Part shown: piece after piece, positions 9,539 to 19,568 of the stretch | Numbering within the stretch: position 1 is the stretch's first letter | Layout of the letters: every line of letters begins with the position of its first letter | Assembly (NCBI GenBank): GCA_963822405.1 | Contig: CAWGHH010000001.1 | Location: 87,296-151,295, forward strand | Source: Candidatus Uhrbacteria bacterium | Lineage (GTDB): Bacteria > Patescibacteriota > Patescibacteriia > UBA9934 | Direction: 5' to 3' | Length of the DNA: 64,000 bases | Translations under genes and position numbers: made by a program | The notes under the pieces: model-generated | Databases searched by the model: none | The model's input: the letters and a program-made list of their open reading frames with translations, nothing else | Told to the model about the DNA's origin: nothing

Positions 9539-10591
9539 TTCAGAAGAGATTTATAAGCAGTTTGACCCTGAAGATATTGGGTATGGTATTGAGCATTTGC
9601 CAGAGCAGGCAAACATCGCTTGGCACGGCACTCGCGATCTAAAATTTCCCAAAAATTATAGTGAAATTTCGAACATCGTTATTTCCGGCATGGGCGGTTC
9701 GGCCCTGGCCCACATGTTTTGAAAAGTGTGTTTGCTGATAGACTAAATGTTCCTTTTGAACTTGTTAGCGACTACACGCTGCCACATTACGCGAATAAAG
9801 ACTCGCTAGTTATTTTATCTAGTTATTCTGGAACAACTGAGGAAACATTAGCGATTGCCGAACAGGCAAAGGCTGCGAAAGCAAAGATTGCGGTGATTTG
9901 TGCTGGCGGTAAGCTCGCCGAACTAGCTGAGGCAGAAGGCTGGCCAATATATGTTTTCGAGCCTGGCGATTTGGCCAAGCAGCCACGATACGGAACAGGT
10001 TTTTCGCTCGTTGGCATCATGGGCATGCTCGAAAAAATGGGAGTTTTGAAAATCAAAGAAGCGGAAATTTTGTCCATGATGTCAGCGATGGGCGAGGTGA
10101 TTGATAATTGCGCTACTGACGTGCCTGCAAGTGAAAATCCGGCCAAAGAAGTTGCTACAGAAATTGTAAACCGTTCAATTGTCATCATTGCCGCTGAGCA
10201 TCTTTCGGGAAATGCGCATATATTGCAGAATCAAATGAATGAGTCTGCTAAGCAGTTTGCAACCTTTCAGTTATTGCCGGAACTTAACCACCACTTTTTG
10301 GAGGGCTTGTCCTTTCCAGTCGATCAAGCGGCAAACACGACCGCAATTTTGATTAGATCAAACCACTATCATCCTCGAACGCAAAAGCGTTGTGATATTA
10401 CGGCAGACATTCTCGAGAAAAAGGGGATTACAGTGATAGAATATGCCACAAAGGGCGAATCCAGACTTGATGAAGTAGGCGAAGTCCTCCAGTTTGGCAG
10501 CTATGTTGGTCTCTACCTCGCCTTATTGAATGGTGTAGTCACGACTGATACCGCAACTGTCTTCGAACTTAAGAAACGGATGAATGAATAG
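9516..10591 (+). pseudogene. Bifunctional phosphoglucose/phosphomannose isomerase (SIS domain) interrupted by a frameshift in a T4 run near 9717-9720
   Basis: GMGGSA...VSDYTLP...SYSGTTEET SIS motifs are split across two frames. Adding one T restores ...HMFLKSVFADR... Confidence 0.55.
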
Positions 10592-10594
10592 TTT

Positions 10595-11020
10595 ATGGCC
10601 CTATCTCATCTTGTGTGGAGCAGTGACCTAGAGATTGGTGTGCCGGAGCTTGATGAACAGCACAAGTATTTTTTTGATATAGCCAATAGGATCATTGATT
10701 TACAGGACAAGCTGAATGTCACAAAGGCCGAGATACTCGATGCTATTGGGAAATTAGGTGGTTATTCCATGGATCACTTCGCTACAGAGGAAACTATGTT
10801 GAACCAGTTGGGCGAACCAGCAGTTGAGGCTCATTTAGCAAAGCATGATAAATTTAGAAAAGAAATTAAAGAGTTTATTTTATCGATTGAAGCTTCAGAC
10901 GCCGATGACAAGCAAATTGCCAGCAAGGTAGCTGAGTTTGCCTGTAGCTATGTGAACCATCACATGCTGAACGCGAGAACGGAAAATATTCTGAAGCAAT
11001 TACGAGAATTAAAGAAATAA
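10595..11020 (+). CDS. Hemerythrin-like metal-binding protein
   Basis: W..DL.IGV.ELDEQHK motif. Confidence 0.6.
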   Translation: MALSHLVWSSDLEIGVPELDEQHKYFFDIANRIIDLQDKLNVTKAEILDAIGKLGGYSMDHFATEETMLNQLGEPAVEAHLAKHDKFRKEIKEFILSIEASDADDKQIASKVAEFACSYVNHHMLNARTENILKQLRELKK

Positions 11021-11026
11021 ACTATT

Positions 11027-11452
11027 ATGAAATTTCCCCGCTTTGTTTGGACTACTGATCTAGAAATTGGCATGCCTGAACTTGATGAACAGCACAAGTA
11101 TTTTTATGACATTGGCAACATGATTTTGGACCTTCAAGAGAAGCCAGATGTCACGAAGTCAGAAATGCTAACAGCTGTTGGCAAGATGGGTGATTATGCT
11201 TTTTATCACTTTGATACCGAGGAGGTCATGCTAAAACAGCTTAGTGGACCAGATGTTGAAGCTCACTTGGCGAAGCACGTGGCTTTTCGTAAGGAGATTA
11301 AAGATTTCATCGCCTCAATCGAAAGCAAGGACGCTGATGATAAGCAGATCGCCGACGAGGTTGCGGAATTCGCCCATACATACGTCACGAAGCACATGCT
11401 GAGCGCGAGCAAGGAGAATATCCTTAAACAGTTACAAGCGCTAAAGAAATAG
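11027..11452 (+). CDS. Hemerythrin-like metal-binding protein (tandem paralog)
   Basis: Same length as 10595-11020 and about 60% identical. Confidence 0.6.
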   Translation: MKFPRFVWTTDLEIGMPELDEQHKYFYDIGNMILDLQEKPDVTKSEMLTAVGKMGDYAFYHFDTEEVMLKQLSGPDVEAHLAKHVAFRKEIKDFIASIESKDADDKQIADEVAEFAHTYVTKHMLSASKENILKQLQALKK

Positions 11453-11472
11453 AAGAAAGTTACAAAAGAAAG

Positions 11473-11503
11473 ACCCCCGTCAGCCGATGCTGCGGGGGTT
11501 TTT
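11473..11503 (+). terminator. Hairpin CCCCCG...CGGGGG plus T5
   Basis: Read in sequence. Confidence 0.65.
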
Positions 11504-11522
11504 GCATGAGTACGCGCAGCTG

Positions 11523-12017
11523 TTACGCCGAGGCACTCATGCGAGAGCGGATCTCCATCAGGAGGACATCCGGCGCGATTGGCATGAAGATCATGCCGTT
11601 CCGCCTGAGCGAGGTGGTGGTTTTTGCATCCACCACCTGCATCTCTTTGTTGTTGATGACGTATGACGCGATGGTAGCCATGAAGACCGGATCAAGCGTT
11701 TCGCGGATGAGGCTGATGTCGGGCTCATCCGGTGGCAGACCGGAGAGTTTCTTCAACGCTGCGCCCGGGCGAACGATGATGAAGAGCTGATCAGGTCCGA
11801 TATCCCGATGGATCTTCCGGCAGTCGCGGACTGCGAGGTCGCTGTAGACCAACCGTTTACCACGTTCGTCATAGCAGGCGCACTGGCGCATGAACAGGTG
11901 CATCGAGTCCACCCTGCGGCCATTTGCCAGGCCATAGGGGATGTTCTCGGGTTTTGGGGTCTTAGGCATGGGGCCTCTGAAGGTGGGAGTAACAGGCACC
12001 TTGTCCGGGATGGACAA
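11523..12017 (-). CDS. Hypothetical protein
   Basis: 164-aa ORF. Confidence 0.4.
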   Translation of the reverse strand: MSIPDKVPVTPTFRGPMPKTPKPENIPYGLANGRRVDSMHLFMRQCACYDERGKRLVYSDLAVRDCRKIHRDIGPDQLFIIVRPGAALKKLSGLPPDEPDISLIRETLDPVFMATIASYVINNKEMQVVDAKTTTSLRRNGMIFMPIAPDVLLMEIRSRMSASA

Positions 12018-12121
12018 GATGGAAGGTTAGCGGAAATTTGAATTAATAGCAAGCTTAGTAACTTGGAGCATAGCTTGTCAGTATTATAAAAAAACGTTAC
12101 TCTGCTTCTGTTTTAGACCAT

Positions 12122-12212
12122 GGAAGGGTCGCATAGTTGGTCTAGTGCGCGGCACTCGAAATGCCGTGTACCCGTAAGGGTACCGCGAGTTCGAATCTCG
12201 CCCCTTCCGCCA
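12122..12212 (+). tRNA. tRNA-Ser (anticodon CGA), with a long variable arm and encoded CCA
   Basis: Acceptor GGAAGGG/CCCTTCC; anticodon stem CGGCA/TGCCG with loop CTCGAAA; T-arm GCGAGTTCGAATCTCGC. Confidence 0.8.
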
Positions 12213-12214
12213 CA

Positions 12215-12243
12215 AAAATACAACCGCGAGGTTGTATTTTTGT
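12215..12243 (+). terminator. Hairpin ACAACC-GCGA-GGTTGT plus T5
   Basis: Read in sequence. Confidence 0.6.
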
Positions 12244-12271
12244 GTCCAAGGTTGATACACTCGAAACATCT

Positions 12272-12727
12272 ATGTCTAATAAGGAGTCAATACCCTGGAA
12301 AATGCTTGCTGGCGTGCCGTTCGTTTTGTTATTGGCGGCGATCGTTGTTCCAATCCAATACGTCTTCCGGCTACTTACGGGAAAATCTTGGGAGACAAAA
12401 GATTTGTTCTTTACGGACGATGAGCTGGTAATTTTGGAGAATGCGACTAATAGTGGAGCCCCGATTTTCGTAAACGGTATCGTTCGCGCGCTCAAGCCGT
12501 TCGAAATAAAATCGTACATTCGTCACTCATGTGAAAGTTGTCCTGATGAATTATATGTAAACGATGTATTTGATCGACCTTGTTTGAGTGCTTCGCGAGA
12601 GATCGGTGCTAATCTTTGGAAAATTAGTTGTTCGCAGCCAGTATTGTGGGGATTGCTCGGCCACATCGGCGCCGACCTTGAGACTTTGAGTGTTGAGGGC
12701 AGGTCACTTGGAAAAACTGAGATTTAG
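12272..12727 (+). CDS. Membrane-anchored hypothetical protein
   Basis: ATG after the tRNA terminator; the N-terminal TM segment follows; cysteines include a CESC pair. Confidence 0.45.
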   Translation: MSNKESIPWKMLAGVPFVLLLAAIVVPIQYVFRLLTGKSWETKDLFFTDDELVILENATNSGAPIFVNGIVRALKPFEIKSYIRHSCESCPDELYVNDVFDRPCLSASREIGANLWKISCSQPVLWGLLGHIGADLETLSVEGRSLGKTEI

Positions 12728-12728
12728 T

Positions 12729-13805
12729 ATGCGTCGATTGTTATTTGTATGTTTAGTGATTGCGGGACTTGTCGGTAGTTTTGTGATCGGAGCATTTTGG
12801 TCGAAGCATAATTCGCCATCAGCGATTAATACTATTCAAATCCCATCCCTTGCCGATCAAATTATTCGTGACGCACCGCCAATCTGGCAAACGGTGGAGT
12901 TGGATGGATTTAGTGTTGAAGTCCCATATTCGCCAGATTGGACTGTCAGTGGCATCGGGATTTCTGTTGATGACAAATATGATTCAGAGGTATACGGAAT
13001 AAATTTTGGGCGACCGATAAATAATTCGCATAGTGTTGGTAGAGAATATACTTTAACTCAATATCCGCGAGAGGATCTCGACAACGGCCCGGGCGTGATG
13101 GATCATTCCGGTTGTTATGGAGCATCTTCGAGAGCTACGGTTGGAAATGCACGTGGCGTCATGTTTTTTCAAGGTGGTGCCACATGGTGTAGTTTGAATT
13201 TTGCGTTTACGGTTGGTAGTCATACGTATTATTTAGAACAGCGAGTGGACAAATTTGGGTTACCACCAAAAGAGATCGGTGATGAGATGTCGAGAATCAT
13301 TCAGAGCGTCGCCGAACCGGTATATTTGTCACGCGCGACCAAGCAGCTCACTAAAGAACAAGTGTTGAACGGCTTTGACCCATGTGGAGTTCAGTTTTTT
13401 AACGGTTCAATCAGTTTGGACTGGAACGAATTTTTGCGTATCGACGATGAACATCGAAGGACCATCGGTTCGTCTTGGGAGTCGTGGCGAGATTCTTGTG
13501 ATGCGGGGTCATATCTCGAAGCTGATAATATTAAATTCACAGATTTGGACGGTGACGGCATGAATGAGGCGTTAGTTCCGGCGAGAGTAGTCCAAGCATC
13601 AAGTGGCGGGGTAATTTATGTATTTAAGAATGTCGCCGGAGACGCGCGAGTTGTTGATCGTATAGAATTGGGCAAAGGAAACGGCGAAATAACCCTCGTG
13701 AACAAAAATCTAGTGAAGGTTGATTATCAGGAGTTTACCGCTAGCGGATTGATTCCCGCGAAAGCGACATACCGATTCGTTAATGGACATTTCATTAAAC
13801 AATAG
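12729..13805 (+). CDS. Membrane-anchored or secreted hypothetical protein
   Basis: N-terminal hydrophobic anchor and a large extracytoplasmic domain. Confidence 0.45.
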   Translation: MRRLLFVCLVIAGLVGSFVIGAFWSKHNSPSAINTIQIPSLADQIIRDAPPIWQTVELDGFSVEVPYSPDWTVSGIGISVDDKYDSEVYGINFGRPINNSHSVGREYTLTQYPREDLDNGPGVMDHSGCYGASSRATVGNARGVMFFQGGATWCSLNFAFTVGSHTYYLEQRVDKFGLPPKEIGDEMSRIIQSVAEPVYLSRATKQLTKEQVLNGFDPCGVQFFNGSISLDWNEFLRIDDEHRRTIGSSWESWRDSCDAGSYLEADNIKFTDLDGDGMNEALVPARVVQASSGGVIYVFKNVAGDARVVDRIELGKGNGEITLVNKNLVKVDYQEFTASGLIPAKATYRFVNGHFIKQ

Positions 13806-13816
13806 ATCGGACTAAT

Positions 13817-14446
13817 ATGCCTCCTAAAATTCTGCTTATTCACGGTTTTGCGGTTGGGTTAAGCTCGCCAATTTTACGGTGCAAGCTTGGACCAGAGGCG
13901 GAGTTTTTAGCATTTAAGGATGACATAGCAGATGGTTTGGCGCGAGTTTTCAAGTGGGGGATTCAGGCGAGAGTTGCTTGGAGCCAGCTATTAAACCCAT
14001 TTTACATCTATCGTCACTATAAATTGGAACGTGCCATGGCACTCGATGAGGCGACCCATGAACAATTGCAGATCGAGCTCGAACAAATGCAACCAGAAGT
14101 TATTGTTTGTCATTCAATGGGCTGTGTACTTTTGCAAGCGCATTTATTGGCCTTCAAGCTTCCGTCGAGCGTTCGGGCGATTGTGTTTGTGCAGTCTGAT
14201 TCGGAATTTGGCGCGCGCGTTGATGTGTCTGTACCTGTATACAATTTGTATTGTCCGTGGGATCCAACACTAATTGCCTCTTCACTTACTCGTGGCCAAT
14301 GGTGTGCAGGCTTGCGACCAATGAAGTCACGCGGAACACATAATAGATTGTTTCCTCTTTATCGGTTGCCAAATTTACATACGTCGAGTATCAGGGGAGC
14401 CCAATTGAAACAGTTCGTTCGAACATTGAATCAGAAACATGTCTAA
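13817..14446 (+). CDS. Alpha/beta-hydrolase-fold protein
   Basis: LLIHGF at the N-terminus and a nucleophile elbow CHSMGC. Confidence 0.45.
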   Translation: MPPKILLIHGFAVGLSSPILRCKLGPEAEFLAFKDDIADGLARVFKWGIQARVAWSQLLNPFYIYRHYKLERAMALDEATHEQLQIELEQMQPEVIVCHSMGCVLLQAHLLAFKLPSSVRAIVFVQSDSEFGARVDVSVPVYNLYCPWDPTLIASSLTRGQWCAGLRPMKSRGTHNRLFPLYRLPNLHTSSIRGAQLKQFVRTLNQKHV

Positions 14447-14690
14447 TAACACCGAGTGGTCTGTATACATTGTCCGTTGTTGCGACGGTAGTTTGTATAC
14501 TGGAATTTCAACGGATGTTGAGGCGCGCATAAAAAAGCATAACTCCGGTAAAGGGGCGGCGTACACCAGGAGTCATTTGCCGGTTACTCTTGTTTGGTGC
14601 GAGCTTGCTGATTCGGGATCAGCCGCTCGAAAAAGGGAGGTTGAAATCAAGAAATTATCAAAGGTTGAAAAAGAACGTTTAGTTAAATAG
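14439..14690 (+). CDS. GIY-YIG nuclease-domain protein (UPF0213/YhbQ-like)
   Basis: WSVYIVRCCDGSLYTGISTDVEARIKKHNSGKGAAYT matches the GIY-YIG core. Confidence 0.6.
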   Translation: MSNNTEWSVYIVRCCDGSLYTGISTDVEARIKKHNSGKGAAYTRSHLPVTLVWCELADSGSAARKREVEIKKLSKVEKERLVK

Positions 14691-14729
14691 AGAAGCCCCA
14701 CGTCGAATTTCGGCGAGGGGCTAGCAAGG

Positions 14730-15077
14730 TCACGATGCTTCGACGTGGTATTTGGCGAGCGCCACGTGTTCGTAGAGCGCGGCTGGTTCGATCATGACCA
14801 CGGGGTCTGCGACGTACTTCCAGGGGCCTTCGTACCTGGTCGTCACTTTGACGAGCAACGGGAAGGCGTTGTCTTTTGCGTCTTCCAAACTGCGCGTCCA
14901 GACGGCTCGGATGCCATCCTTGTCGCACAACACAAAGGCGACGAGAGGGCGGGGACCGCCATCTTCCCGACCAGACACAAGGTCAACTATCCACTTCTCC
15001 GCCTTGCGATCACTGTCTGCCATGGCCGTGCCCATGCACGAATTGGCAACATCTTCACAGAAGAGAAACAGTTTCAT
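14730..15077 (-). CDS. Hypothetical protein in a locally G+C-rich patch
   Basis: ORF with a GGAG RBS. The opposite-strand ORFs look antisense. Confidence 0.35.
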   Translation of the reverse strand: MKLFLFCEDVANSCMGTAMADSDRKAEKWIVDLVSGREDGGPRPLVAFVLCDKDGIRAVWTRSLEDAKDNAFPLLVKVTTRYEGPWKYVADPVVMIEPAALYEHVALAKYHVEAS

Positions 15078-15159
15078 TGTGTTCTCCGGTTGGTGGTTGG
15101 TCAGAAAGGTTAGTCGCCGACGGGGGACGTTAGTCGAGTTTTGCCTTGAAGTCAATTCG

Positions 15160-15858
15160 TTAATCGCTATTCGTGTTTGAATGCCACCACAACTGCGCTT
15201 CACTAGGTTTTGTATAAATGGTCGGCTTGGTGGTTGGTCGAGTATCGGTATCGTCAATCATACCAAGTACGCGCATGGTTGTTTCGACCCAGGCAATATG
15301 TCGAGCGATTGCTGCCTCATCACGTTGTCCAAGTTCACCCGACTCAGCCATGATGTAGTTTTTGCCTTGGCGGGCGAGTTGTCCTGGTTTTGAGAATCTA
15401 CCTGTACGCTCGAAAACAATTTTGTCGGTGTCGAGTCGTTCGATGAGTGTACGGGTCAAGGCGTCGACCTCGCTAACTCCAGTTTCAAACAGCCAAACGA
15501 ACGGAATTAGTCTTTCGTCGCTCGCACCACCGTGGAGGTCGTGCCAAACGTCGGCTTGCGAAACGAAATTGGTTGATAGACGGTGCACGAGTCTTGACGT
15601 CGACGATCCCCACGAGCGACCGGGGTAGATATTCTTTGGAAATTTTCCGTCGAGTGGATTCTGGCTACTCTTGTTTTTGAAACCAGCGACATTAACAATC
15701 GGGATCACAATTAATCGACCAGAAAAATTTCCGGCTTTGTATTGATCCGCAATTTGCTTAGCCGCCTCTATCCCGGCATACTCATCACCATCCATTCCAC
15801 CGGTCACAAGCAATGTTTTACCTGGTCGAATACCTGGAATTACAATAGACTCGAACAT
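15160..15858 (-). CDS. Succinylglutamate desuccinylase/aspartoacylase (AstE/AspA) family zinc hydrolase
   Basis: TGGMDGDEYAG resembles the GG.HG.E motif of this family. Confidence 0.45.
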   Translation of the reverse strand: MFESIVIPGIRPGKTLLVTGGMDGDEYAGIEAAKQIADQYKAGNFSGRLIVIPIVNVAGFKNKSSQNPLDGKFPKNIYPGRSWGSSTSRLVHRLSTNFVSQADVWHDLHGGASDERLIPFVWLFETGVSEVDALTRTLIERLDTDKIVFERTGRFSKPGQLARQGKNYIMAESGELGQRDEAAIARHIAWVETTMRVLGMIDDTDTRPTTKPTIYTKPSEAQLWWHSNTNSD

Positions 15859-15880
15859 AGTTGCCTCATTTTACTCCATT

Positions 15881-17278
15881 ATGGACGAAGCTGGTCAAGA
15901 ATTACGGTTTCTGGCCGAATCCCAAGCCGACCGCCTGCGACTATTTAGACGTTGGGTTGAAAAGAATCCCGACTCGACCAGAAAAGGTGCCCGCGAGACC
16001 GCGTTATCGGTAGTCGTCAGACTCGAAGAATATGTCACGGCAATCATTCAGGAACTCGACAATGGTTCATTTGACACGGCCGATTTATCAGCTCGACTAC
16101 GCACTTTACAGGGTTTAGTCGCCGCCGTTTGTGCCTCACTCGACTGGCAGTCGCCGTCATTTTTACACTCGCTCAATTCCGAAGCTGGTACGCAAACGGG
16201 GATTGTCGAGGGAACAATCAGCGACTACAAGCGCGATCATCATTTTGACGCGGAAGAGTACGAGCGTAAGTTTGTTAGGGCGTACGTCGACAAGCTTTCG
16301 CCGTTGCCAGTTCATGCTTTTGTTACTTCGAGCGGTATGTCAGCGTTTACAACGCTCGTGGTGGGTTTGCAAATGGAAGGCGTACTTCCTGGGCCGATAA
16401 TTCTTGGACGATCATGTTACTTTGAAAATAAAATGGTGCTTCACAAGATGTTTCAAGGTTGTATTACCGAAGTCGACGAACAGAATATCAACGAGATACT
16501 TGAGGCGGTTAAAACTAAACAACCGGCGGTAATTTTTCTTGATTCGATTTGTAACACGGAGACTTTGGCAATGCCAGATTTAGCCAAGCTTCTTCCTGCA
16601 CTTGTCTCGGCCTGTTCGAAGAACACATATCTCGTTCTTGATAATAGCGGCCTCGGCCCCGTTTGCCAGCCGTTGCGGCTCATGCCAATTTTGCCATCTA
16701 AACTAAAGCTTTATGTTTTTGAAAGCCTAAATAAACATCATCAATTTGGACTTGATCGAGTGACCGGTGGAATTATTTGGACGCAGGAAATTTTCTCCGG
16801 TTGGTTACAGAGCGCGCGTATGCATCTTGGGACGAATATTCCAGACGCTAGCGTGCTCGCGTTACCGGAACCAAATCGTCAGCTACTAGATACTCGACTA
16901 GCTTTGATAGAGCGAAATGCCCTGTTGGTCGCGCGAGCACTTGATGAACATATCAAAGCTTTACCGAATACTTCGTTCTTGCAAGCTGTTTGCCCTGGTC
17001 GTGGCGCGAGTTTGGTGCTCAAGTTCAAAGTAGATAAGAACGTTGTTCGGCTTTCTAAACAATTTATCGACCTCGCTATTAAGGAAGCTCGAGGGAGCGG
17101 CATCGACCTAACGGCTGGCACAAGTTTTGGTCTGAACACGACCCGGGTTTATCTGACGGCTTTATACGGTACAAAAGTAACTTCGCCCTTTCTTCGCCTT
17201 TCAATTGGCACCGAGTCACCGGCCGACCTTGAAAAATTGATTGAAGTATTCAAGCGTGTAATTATTGACTTGCGATAG
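15881..17278 (+). CDS. PLP-dependent enzyme of the Cys/Met-metabolism (trans-sulfuration) family with an N-terminal extension
   Basis: SGMSAF...LVLDNS...ESLNKHHQFG pattern (PLP lysine) as in cystathionine gamma-synthase/beta-lyase. Confidence 0.5.
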   Translation: MDEAGQELRFLAESQADRLRLFRRWVEKNPDSTRKGARETALSVVVRLEEYVTAIIQELDNGSFDTADLSARLRTLQGLVAAVCASLDWQSPSFLHSLNSEAGTQTGIVEGTISDYKRDHHFDAEEYERKFVRAYVDKLSPLPVHAFVTSSGMSAFTTLVVGLQMEGVLPGPIILGRSCYFENKMVLHKMFQGCITEVDEQNINEILEAVKTKQPAVIFLDSICNTETLAMPDLAKLLPALVSACSKNTYLVLDNSGLGPVCQPLRLMPILPSKLKLYVFESLNKHHQFGLDRVTGGIIWTQEIFSGWLQSARMHLGTNIPDASVLALPEPNRQLLDTRLALIERNALLVARALDEHIKALPNTSFLQAVCPGRGASLVLKFKVDKNVVRLSKQFIDLAIKEARGSGIDLTAGTSFGLNTTRVYLTALYGTKVTSPFLRLSIGTESPADLEKLIEVFKRVIIDLR

Positions 17279-17320
17279 TTTTTTCGCTAAGGTCAGCCAG
17301 GCTTAATCACGGGGGCTAAG

Positions 17321-18019
17321 ATGATTCATGCTTGGGGGGCTTCTGCTAAGACGCAATATAGGGAAAAAGAGGAAAATGAGGACGCCTTCGCTATTGGCAA
17401 GAACGTTTTTGCGGTGGCGGATGGCGTGGGGAGTTCGGTGAATGCCCACTTGGCCAGTCGGCTGACGGCCGATGAGCTGGTGAGACAGGTGCCGTTGCAA
17501 GCTTTTCCACCTGATCAAACCGTGTTTTTGCGGATGATGAAGGGGTTGAGCAAACAAGTTGAGGAACAGTGCCCAAAGGGGAAGTCTACCGGTGTGGCTG
17601 CCTGGTTTCCTCAGCTTGATGGGCCAGAGCTTCCGTTTCTTGGTCTTTCGCTTGGGGATTCACGAGCGTATTTGCTCAAGCCGAGTTCGGGAATGATGAC
17701 GCAACTCTCCAAAGACCAGATCATCAACAAGAAAGATGAAACGGGGAAGATGCGGAAGTACGTCACTTCAACTTTTGGTGGGTTCGCTTGGTCGCCTTAC
17801 ACAAGCCCACTTTTTCACGGAACGCTTCGTCAGGGGGAGTGGTTACTTCTCATGACTGACGGGGTGTGGGGCTATGTTGAACGTCACCGCGAGCGATTTC
17901 TGAACGGTTGCGTGAACGGGATAAGACGAAAACCGCAGAGAACGCTGAATCAGTTTGTGATCACCGCTTCAAACAGCCGCTGCGATGACGCAACTATCGT
18001 CGTCATCAAGCACGAGTGA
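17321..18019 (+). CDS. PP2C-family Ser/Thr protein phosphatase
   Basis: EDAF...FAVADGVGS...LSLGDSRAYL...TDGVW motifs. Confidence 0.55.
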   Translation: MIHAWGASAKTQYREKEENEDAFAIGKNVFAVADGVGSSVNAHLASRLTADELVRQVPLQAFPPDQTVFLRMMKGLSKQVEEQCPKGKSTGVAAWFPQLDGPELPFLGLSLGDSRAYLLKPSSGMMTQLSKDQIINKKDETGKMRKYVTSTFGGFAWSPYTSPLFHGTLRQGEWLLLMTDGVWGYVERHRERFLNGCVNGIRRKPQRTLNQFVITASNSRCDDATIVVIKHE

Positions 18020-18652
18020 GGCGCGCGTGTCCGGCCGGGGCTTTGCCTCGGTCGGCTTTTGTTTATAGAGAGCAAGGGCGTTATATTGGAAGGTCCAGGA
18101 ACTTTCGCGCGTAAAGCGCTGGTCGAATTTTGCAAAGAGAGAGGAATTCTCGAAAGCATTTATTAAGAGTTTGCCACTTGGCGAAAGTTTTTGGGAAATT
18201 GCGTTCAGAAATTCTGCTTGTTCTAAAATTGGAGCAGTTTTGTTTCCTTTATAGAGGTCGACGACTATAAGATCGAACTCGTCATTAAGCTTTGGCACAA
18301 CGTCAGTTACGTCGCCAATAATCACTTCGCAAGCTGATCGGTCGAATAATTCTAGCTCTTTCGCTATGTTCACCATGATTGCATCGTAATCAACGGCGAT
18401 GATTGACGGATTTTTAAATCGGGAATGTAGGTCGTTAACAATGCTGCCCGCGCCGAGGCCAAGGAGAAGGACTCGACCAGTTATAAAGTTTGGTGGCAAT
18501 CTACGTAGCGCATCTCGCCACATTTTTCTGATGTAGGGAGACGATTGATCATAACCCTCTACAAACACCCACCATTGACCAAAGAATCTCCGACAAACAA
18601 TAAACCCGTTGTTCGGGGAGTAGTAATGTTTACCTTCAAAAAGCCAGGACAT
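17969..18652 (-). CDS. Spermidine-synthase-like class I SAM-dependent methyltransferase
   Basis: VLLLGLGAGS...IAVDYD...VDLY pattern. Confidence 0.45.
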   Translation of the reverse strand: MSWLFEGKHYYSPNNGFIVCRRFFGQWWVFVEGYDQSSPYIRKMWRDALRRLPPNFITGRVLLLGLGAGSIVNDLHSRFKNPSIIAVDYDAIMVNIAKELELFDRSACEVIIGDVTDVVPKLNDEFDLIVVDLYKGNKTAPILEQAEFLNAISQKLSPSGKLLINAFENSSLFAKFDQRFTRESSWTFQYNALALYKQKPTEAKPRPDTRASLVLDDDDSCVIAAAV

Positions 18653-18677
18653 GCAAAGAATGTTACACTGTTAGCAT

Positions 18678-19553
18678 ATGTTGCGACAATTGTTTTACTG
18701 GTGGCTTGGGTTAGGAATTTTGTTTGCGAATAAAATTCGCTATAGAATCACTGGCTATCACCGCCCGCGCGAGTTCTCTATTGATGATACAAATCGGGCA
18801 GTAAAATATGACCATGAGATAGTAGAGGGTTGGGAGAAAACACTGGCTGAAAAAGGTTTTGGCTCCGATCCCTTTGCCGGCAAGCGAATCCTTGAGCTTG
18901 GACCAGGCGCTGACCTTGGCGTAGGCCTAATTTTAGTGGCGAAGGGCGCAGATTCCTATACCGCTTATGACAAAAACCCACTGGCCGACCGTGCGCCAAA
19001 GGAATTGCATAACGCCGTGATTGATTCGATTAATAATGCCGGTGCCAGAGCGCGAGCCGCCGAGGCACTTTCAGCTTATGAGCTTAAACAGCCAACCGCC
19101 CTTAACTTTAAGCAGGACGATTCGTTTTCATTGAAGTGGGTTCCTGATGAAAGTGTCGATTTGGTAGTTAGTAACGCCGCCTTTGAACATTTTGAACGCG
19201 TGCCAGAAATTTTGACTCAGGTTGCTCGCGCTTTAGCTCCAGGCGGTGCTTTTGTTGCCAAGGTCGATCTCCAGACTCACACTCGAGTGCTACGCGACCG
19301 GGATCCGCTGAATGTTTACAGATATCCTCGCCTACTTTATAGACTGGCAAAGTTTTCTGGTATTCCGAATCGTGTTCGACCAGCAGTGTATGAGAAGACT
19401 TTAAAGGATCTTGGCTTAACACTTGTAGAGATTATTCCAGACGGCGTGATGGACGAGCAACAACTCAGGCGGGACAAGCCATATATGCGACGTCGTTTTA
19501 GAAAAGATCCCACCCTCGGCTATTTAAGTTTCACCGTGATCGGGAAGAAGTGA
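18678..19553 (+). CDS. Class I SAM-dependent methyltransferase
   Basis: Motif I ILELGPGAD and motif post-I AYDKNP. Confidence 0.55.
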   Translation: MLRQLFYWWLGLGILFANKIRYRITGYHRPREFSIDDTNRAVKYDHEIVEGWEKTLAEKGFGSDPFAGKRILELGPGADLGVGLILVAKGADSYTAYDKNPLADRAPKELHNAVIDSINNAGARARAAEALSAYELKQPTALNFKQDDSFSLKWVPDESVDLVVSNAAFEHFERVPEILTQVARALAPGGAFVAKVDLQTHTRVLRDRDPLNVYRYPRLLYRLAKFSGIPNRVRPAVYEKTLKDLGLTLVEIIPDGVMDEQQLRRDKPYMRRRFRKDPTLGYLSFTVIGKK

Positions 19554-19568
19554 TAGAATGAACTCAAT

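Noticed and set aside
9717-9722. Possibility that the in-frame TGA in the PGI/PMI gene is read as Gly (genetic code 25)
   Set aside because: Reading through TGA hits TAA four codons later. Adding one T in the T4 run restores the conserved downstream sequence. Many other genes here end cleanly at TGA.
12084-12727. ORFs 12084-12269(-), 12120-12431(+) and 12161-12727(+) as annotated in the track
   Set aside because: They overlap tRNA-Ser. The real protein gene most likely starts at the ATG at 12272, after the tRNA terminator.
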